Part shown: positions 59,091 to 64,000 of the stretch, piece by piece | Layout of the letters: every line of letters starts with the position of its first letter | Position numbering within the stretch: position 1 is the stretch's first letter | Assembly (NCBI RefSeq): GCF_032191835.1 | Contig: NC_083236.1 | Location: 53,134,001-53,198,000 of the forward strand | Reading direction: 5' to 3' | From: Heteronotia binoei | Lineage: Eukaryota | DNA: 64,000 bases | Made by a program: the position numbers and the translations under genes | Notes under the pieces: generated by a model | Seen by the model: the letters and a program-made list of their open reading frames with translations, nothing else | Told to the model about the DNA's origin: nothing | The model's database searches: none

Positions 59091-60608
59091 ATGTAGGGGT
59101 TTGTTTTGGGCCAAGATGTTCATTATTATGTCAAAGTATGAGTAGTTCATATGAGAGTCTTCTTGATATTACACAAAAAAAATACACAACGATTTTTGTC
59201 AAAATCCTTCTTTCATATATGACCACGGACCATTTGGCATTCCTTGTAGTATATATAAGCTGACAACTTCCAGACCTTAAACTTGGGACTAACTTGGTGG
59301 TGCGTGCTGAAGCTTCAGAACCGGCCCTTTTCATGCATAGTAGGACCTGTCAATCTTTTGGCTAAGGACACGTGTTTGCGCCACGTAACATTCCTGGAAG
59401 AAAGACCAGTTTGATTGGATGGCAGTAAAACCTCTGGATCTGGTATAGATGTTCTGACCTGAATGGGCCAGGCTAACCCAGTCTCATGAGATCTTGCAAG
59501 TGAAGCAAGTACTGACCACCAGTGTTCCCTCTAAGCTTAGTTAGTGTGAGCTAGCTCACAGATTTTTGGTCTCCGACTCACACAAAACTTTTGTTTTAGC
59601 TCAGGAAAAATAGCCCCAGAGCAAACTAATTGACGCAGTAGCTCACAACTTTAATGCCAGTAGCTCACGAAGTAGAATTTTTGCTCACAAGACTCCATGG
59701 CTTAGAGGGAACATTGCTGATTACCCATGGTTATTACTTGATGGGACACCATTAAAGAAGTCCAAGGCTGGTCTGCAGAGGCAGGCGATGGCAAACCGTT
59801 ACTGTTCATCTCTTGCCTTGAAAATGCTGTGGAGTCATAAATTGGCTGTGACTTGATGGTACTTTTGACCACCCCTGGATATAAGTGCCAAGATGGGGAT
59901 AGGCAACCTCCAGAACACTTGCTGAACATGGCACGCAGACCATTTTGCTCGGCACACAGGCTGGTTCTTCACCCAAGGTTGGCTTTCTGCCAACTGTGCT
60001 ACACTTCAGGGTCAAATTCAAGCTCTCTTCCTCTCTCTGGCTCCAATTCAACTCCAGAACTGACCTTGAGGGCTCTTGATCAGTGTTCCCTCTAAGCTGA
60101 CTTAGCGTGAGCTAGCTCACAGATTTTTAACCTCCAGCTCACACATTTTTTTCTTAGCTCAGGAAGGATGACCCCAGTAGCTCACTAAATTATGCAGTTG
60201 CTCACAATTTTAATGCCAGTAGCTCACAATTTTAATTGCAGTTGCTTGCAAAGTAGAATTTTTGCTCATAAGACTCAGCAGCTTAGAGGGAACATTGCTC
60301 TCAATCCAAGCCCAGGTTCTGATACGGTAGCTCATTGCCCCAACTTGACCACAAAAGTCTTCAGGAGTTAGATTCTTTCATGAATTTCTGGGGAGAAACG
60401 CATATTGCAAAGGCAGCCTTTGCAATCTTGCTCTCTCTTTCTATGTCCTTCTCAGTAGTTCACTTGAAAGCCTTAGTATGGATTACAAACTTTGTGCCTT
60501 GGGTGCCATTATTTATTTTCACAAGCAATTGCTGCAAGGGCCCTGTTTAAAAGCAGGTTCTGTTTTTACTGTATGGAAATCCTCTCAGTGTTTCATTTTT
60601 CTAAACAG

Positions 60609-60702
60609 CCTACAGGTTTTCTTGAACACATATGGAATCCAAACACAGACTCCCCAGCAGGTAGAACCCATCCAGATATGGGCACAGCAGGAACTTGTGA
60701 AG
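60609..60702 (+). CDS. PHKB: PHKB coding exon, (R)[31 protein letters not shown]
   Basis: tttttctaaacag acceptor, 94 bp, aag|gtaaga donor; phase 2-0. Confidence 0.98.
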
Positions 60703-63541
60703 GTAAGATAATCCTGCTGTTCTTCTAGCCATTTTCCTCCTTTTAGACAAACCAGGGTGGTTTTTTGTTGTTTAGGCAATGAAACTTCTGCTTCCTGTGC
60801 TGTAATGTGTCTCGCTTTTATTGCATTCTTACTTAATCCATATAAATATGCATATGTTGGTCAATAGTAATAACAACATGCTTTACTGCATGTAATTGTA
60901 GACTAAGAACACTCTTAGAGATAAGGTGGGAATGACTTCACAAGACACAATCCATTCTCTACAGTTTGCTGTGTAGAAGTATCTTCTAATATGCTTTCAA
61001 GTGTTCTGGTTAGAACAAGAAATATTCTTTGTCCTGCATAGTCTTCTTGTTTCCAATTGTATGAAAGGGTCCAGTTGCCAAATCTTCTAAAAGCTGATGT
61101 TTAGTGTGATGCTTAGAGAATATCTGACTACCAACAACTAAACCACACCCACCTCAAATAGAATGTACAGTCAAAATTAGCACTTCCTTCCTGATGTTGA
61201 GTCCCATTCATGCTTCCACTTTTGCATCTGTAATCGGCCTGCCCCATTCATTTCAAAGAGAACCTTCCTCTGTTGAAGTGAATGGTGGAAGCTTTACCAG
61301 GAGAGTGCCAGATATATCCTCTCCCTTGCCTGCAGATTGGGGTAGTGAGAGGAATGTGAACGCTTGGTTTTCAAATTGAAGTGAACTGTAGAATACAAAA
61401 GATTTGTAAATTACAAATTCTTGAAAGAAAAATGCATAATGGACTAGCTGAGATGCCTCCTCTTTCTTTTGAGAATGCTGTTGACATGGCAGAATTTTTT
61501 TTTGCCCGGGGAGGGCGGGGGGAAGTGTCTTGGGGAAATTGAGCCAACCTTAAATGAAAATATGCTTATCTCTAATGGAATTTCTGTCTGGCAATAAAAA
61601 GCTTAGCGACTTTTCATGGTGCAAAATGTATTAATGTCTGTGAGTGTGAAGAAGGATTTTGAATTTTCTTTTTTATTATTTGGAATTTTCTTCTTTCTTA
61701 CCGGAGTGACCTTGGTAACAGCTTTGTAGCTCAGAATCCACTGCTTTAGCTAGCTAAGCCCTGTCTACTAGTACTACATCAGGTTTTGCCCAGCTCCGCC
61801 AAGTAATTTATCCTGGCCAGGTGCCAAAGAACTACACAACTGTTCCAGGCACTCAAGGAGACTTCAATGTATTGTTTTTTTGGAACAGCTGCTCTCCATG
61901 TTGTGTGGCGAACTGCTTTTGAAAATTGGGGGATTTTGAAAAAGCCGCTGTTGAAAGAATGACCTGGTTAAGAAATCAGATTCTGATTCTTCGAAGCCAT
62001 TCTCTTAAACACTCCTTTCTCCTCCCTCCATTTTGCCAGTTGCCTTCTCCACTTCTGGCTTTTCTCTTACCAGTATTTGCTACAATGGCTAAGCTGGGGA
62101 AACCATGGTTAGCAATAACATTCAAATCATCATTTGAAACCATGGTTTGCAAACCAGGATTTGTAGATGAGTGGTAGCGACAATTACATAAATGTAGACA
62201 TCATAACAAATGAAAGCAGGCCCAGAATAGAGAAAGGAGGATAGTGTGTGAACGAAGAACAAGGGAGGCGTGAGCCTGCAGCACTTTTCCAGTCCTCCAA
62301 ACCATGGTTCAGAGGGTCATCTGAATGGAGCCAAAGTCAAAAATCCCAGTTGATGTGCACAAGCCCTTGGTCCTGTCTATAAAGTAGATTTTTGGACTCC
62401 TCACCATTATATCTCCTTTGAAGCTTATGAATAGGGTTGTCAGCTTCGGGTTGGGAGAAACCTGGAGATTTTGAGGGTGGAGCTGAAGGTTTGGAAAGGG
62501 AAGGGACTCTTCAGTATGGTATAATGCCATGCAGTCCACTTTCCAAAGCAGCTGTTTTCTCTAGGGGAACTGATCTCTGTAACGTGGAGACCAGTTATTG
62601 TTGTTATTGTTTTCATTGATTAGATTTATAGACTGTCCTTCCCCAAAGGGCTCAGGGTGGTGCACAGCAGGTTAAAATAACAGAATAATTTAATTCCAGT
62701 TTACAATAAAATCAGCTGTACTTGGCAGTGGCAGTAAAATTGTGCTTCACTCCCTTCCTTGGGTGGATCAGGGACTGACCATGGAGAAGGTCTCCATCCA
62801 ACACTTGGAGACTGGCAACCCTAACCCTACTATGAAAGTAGCAGTAATTATTATGCAGCATAGGAGCAGCTCAGTAAAGAGGAGGATTATTTTTTGCAAG
62901 ACAAAGGGGCAACCTATTTTATTTCATTTTGGCTTTTTGTTCTTATTGGACTTTGCCGCTGCTTCTACGAGGGGGACTTGAGGCTATTCTCAAAATATCG
63001 TCTTTGGTTTTGCATTCACTTTCCTTTCCTGAGCAACTCCATCATTTCCCGGTGGGAAGGGGGAATGTTCTTTCCCTAGCTTTTCTGCAGCAAAATGACC
63101 TTTCCTTTCTGAAAAGGTCACTGTGCTGCAGAACCATTGACCAGCCCCTCCCTGAAGTCTGCTTGGCTCAGAAAGCAGCAGATGAATTATCTTGGCTAGC
63201 GCCCTAAGAGTTAATGTGTTCAATGAGGCTATCTTGTGTGTGCAAAAAAAGTACAGGCCGGTGTGAGAGAGAGATATTTGGTGGGGGGGGGGAGGGTTCC
63301 AGATCATTTCTCCCCTCCTGTTCACGTTCGCTTGTCATCTCTTTTCTCAAATGCCATAAATACCCTCTTTTGGCCCAAAGCAGTTTCTCATAGCTACAAT
63401 ACCTGAAATGCAAGCTTCAGCAATTCTGGCTCCTCAACCACCCAACCCTAACGAGTTCTTTTTTTCCTCCTGTTGTTTGATGATTGAATTTAAACAGATC
63501 TTCCCCGTTCCTTAGAATTTACATGCTCCCCCATTTTGCAG

Positions 63542-63625
63542 GCTTACTTCCACCTGGGGATCAATGACAAGCTGGGCCTCTCGGGAAGACCGGACCGACC
63601 GATTGGCTGCCTCGGGACATCAAAG
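63542..63625 (+). CDS. PHKB: PHKB coding exon (~human exon 17), [28 protein letters not shown]
   Basis: ccattttgcag acceptor, 84 bp, aag|gttctt donor; phase 0-0; [18 protein letters not shown] motif. Confidence 0.96.
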
Positions 63626-64000
63626 GTTCTTGCAAGGGATCTCTGATCTGCATGAGTTATAGCTAGCGTGAATAGTGGAGGAGGACTGGACTACTCTGTA
63701 AACACAGAGAGCAATTTCATTGCATTTGAGTATTTATTTAAAAAAAAACGTTTCACATGCTTTGTCCAAATGCATCGAGGATAAGTTATTTCAGTGACAC
63801 CACAGCTCAGCGACCTTCATGTGTATGATGAAGCTAGTTTTTGGTGGGGATTTTTGCCTATGAAAATTCATGCCATGGTAAATATGCCAGTCTTTAAGGT
63901 GCCACAGAAATGTTTTTGCTTGACTTTTCAGGGTATTATTAATTAAAGTAGTGCTTATTCATGACTGGCTTGTTCAAGACGAGTGTGGCATAGAGGTAGG

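Overview
Vertebrate genomic DNA, almost certainly a squamate reptile. A gecko is likely, inferred from the Sauria, Squam3-like and 5S-headed SINEs. The window is internal to the PHKB gene (phosphorylase kinase regulatory subunit beta, + strand). Ten coding exons (64, 96, 198, 58, 78, 159, 95, 56, 94 and 84 bp, all GT-AG, phases compatible) splice into one open frame, roughly human exons 8-17 by my recollection. The introns are dense with CR1, L1 and other LINE fragments, tRNA- and 5S-derived SINEs, hAT MITEs with 8-bp TSDs, Penelope-type fragments and several foldback elements. The main object is a complete 6,094-bp chromodomain-bearing Ty3/Gypsy (Tf1/sushi group) LTR retrotransposon, antisense in the 24.5-kb intron (36078-42171). 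It has two apparently identical 493-bp LTRs and intact gag and pol. Its replication signals can be read from the sequence: a tRNA-independent self-priming site (11 nt complementary to its own predicted 5' end), a G-GGA-AAC -1 frameshift site with an H-type pseudoknot, an overlapping UAAUG stop-start, and a PPT. Unexpectedly it has no target-site duplication. Other oddities are a composite inverted-repeat/L1/SINE block inside one 14-bp TSD, a 570-bp foldback of unknown family, minimal hammerhead-ribozyme motifs, and two MITEs stacked on one target octamer. No CRISPR, rRNA or tRNA genes were found. All family names come from recognition, not database searches.
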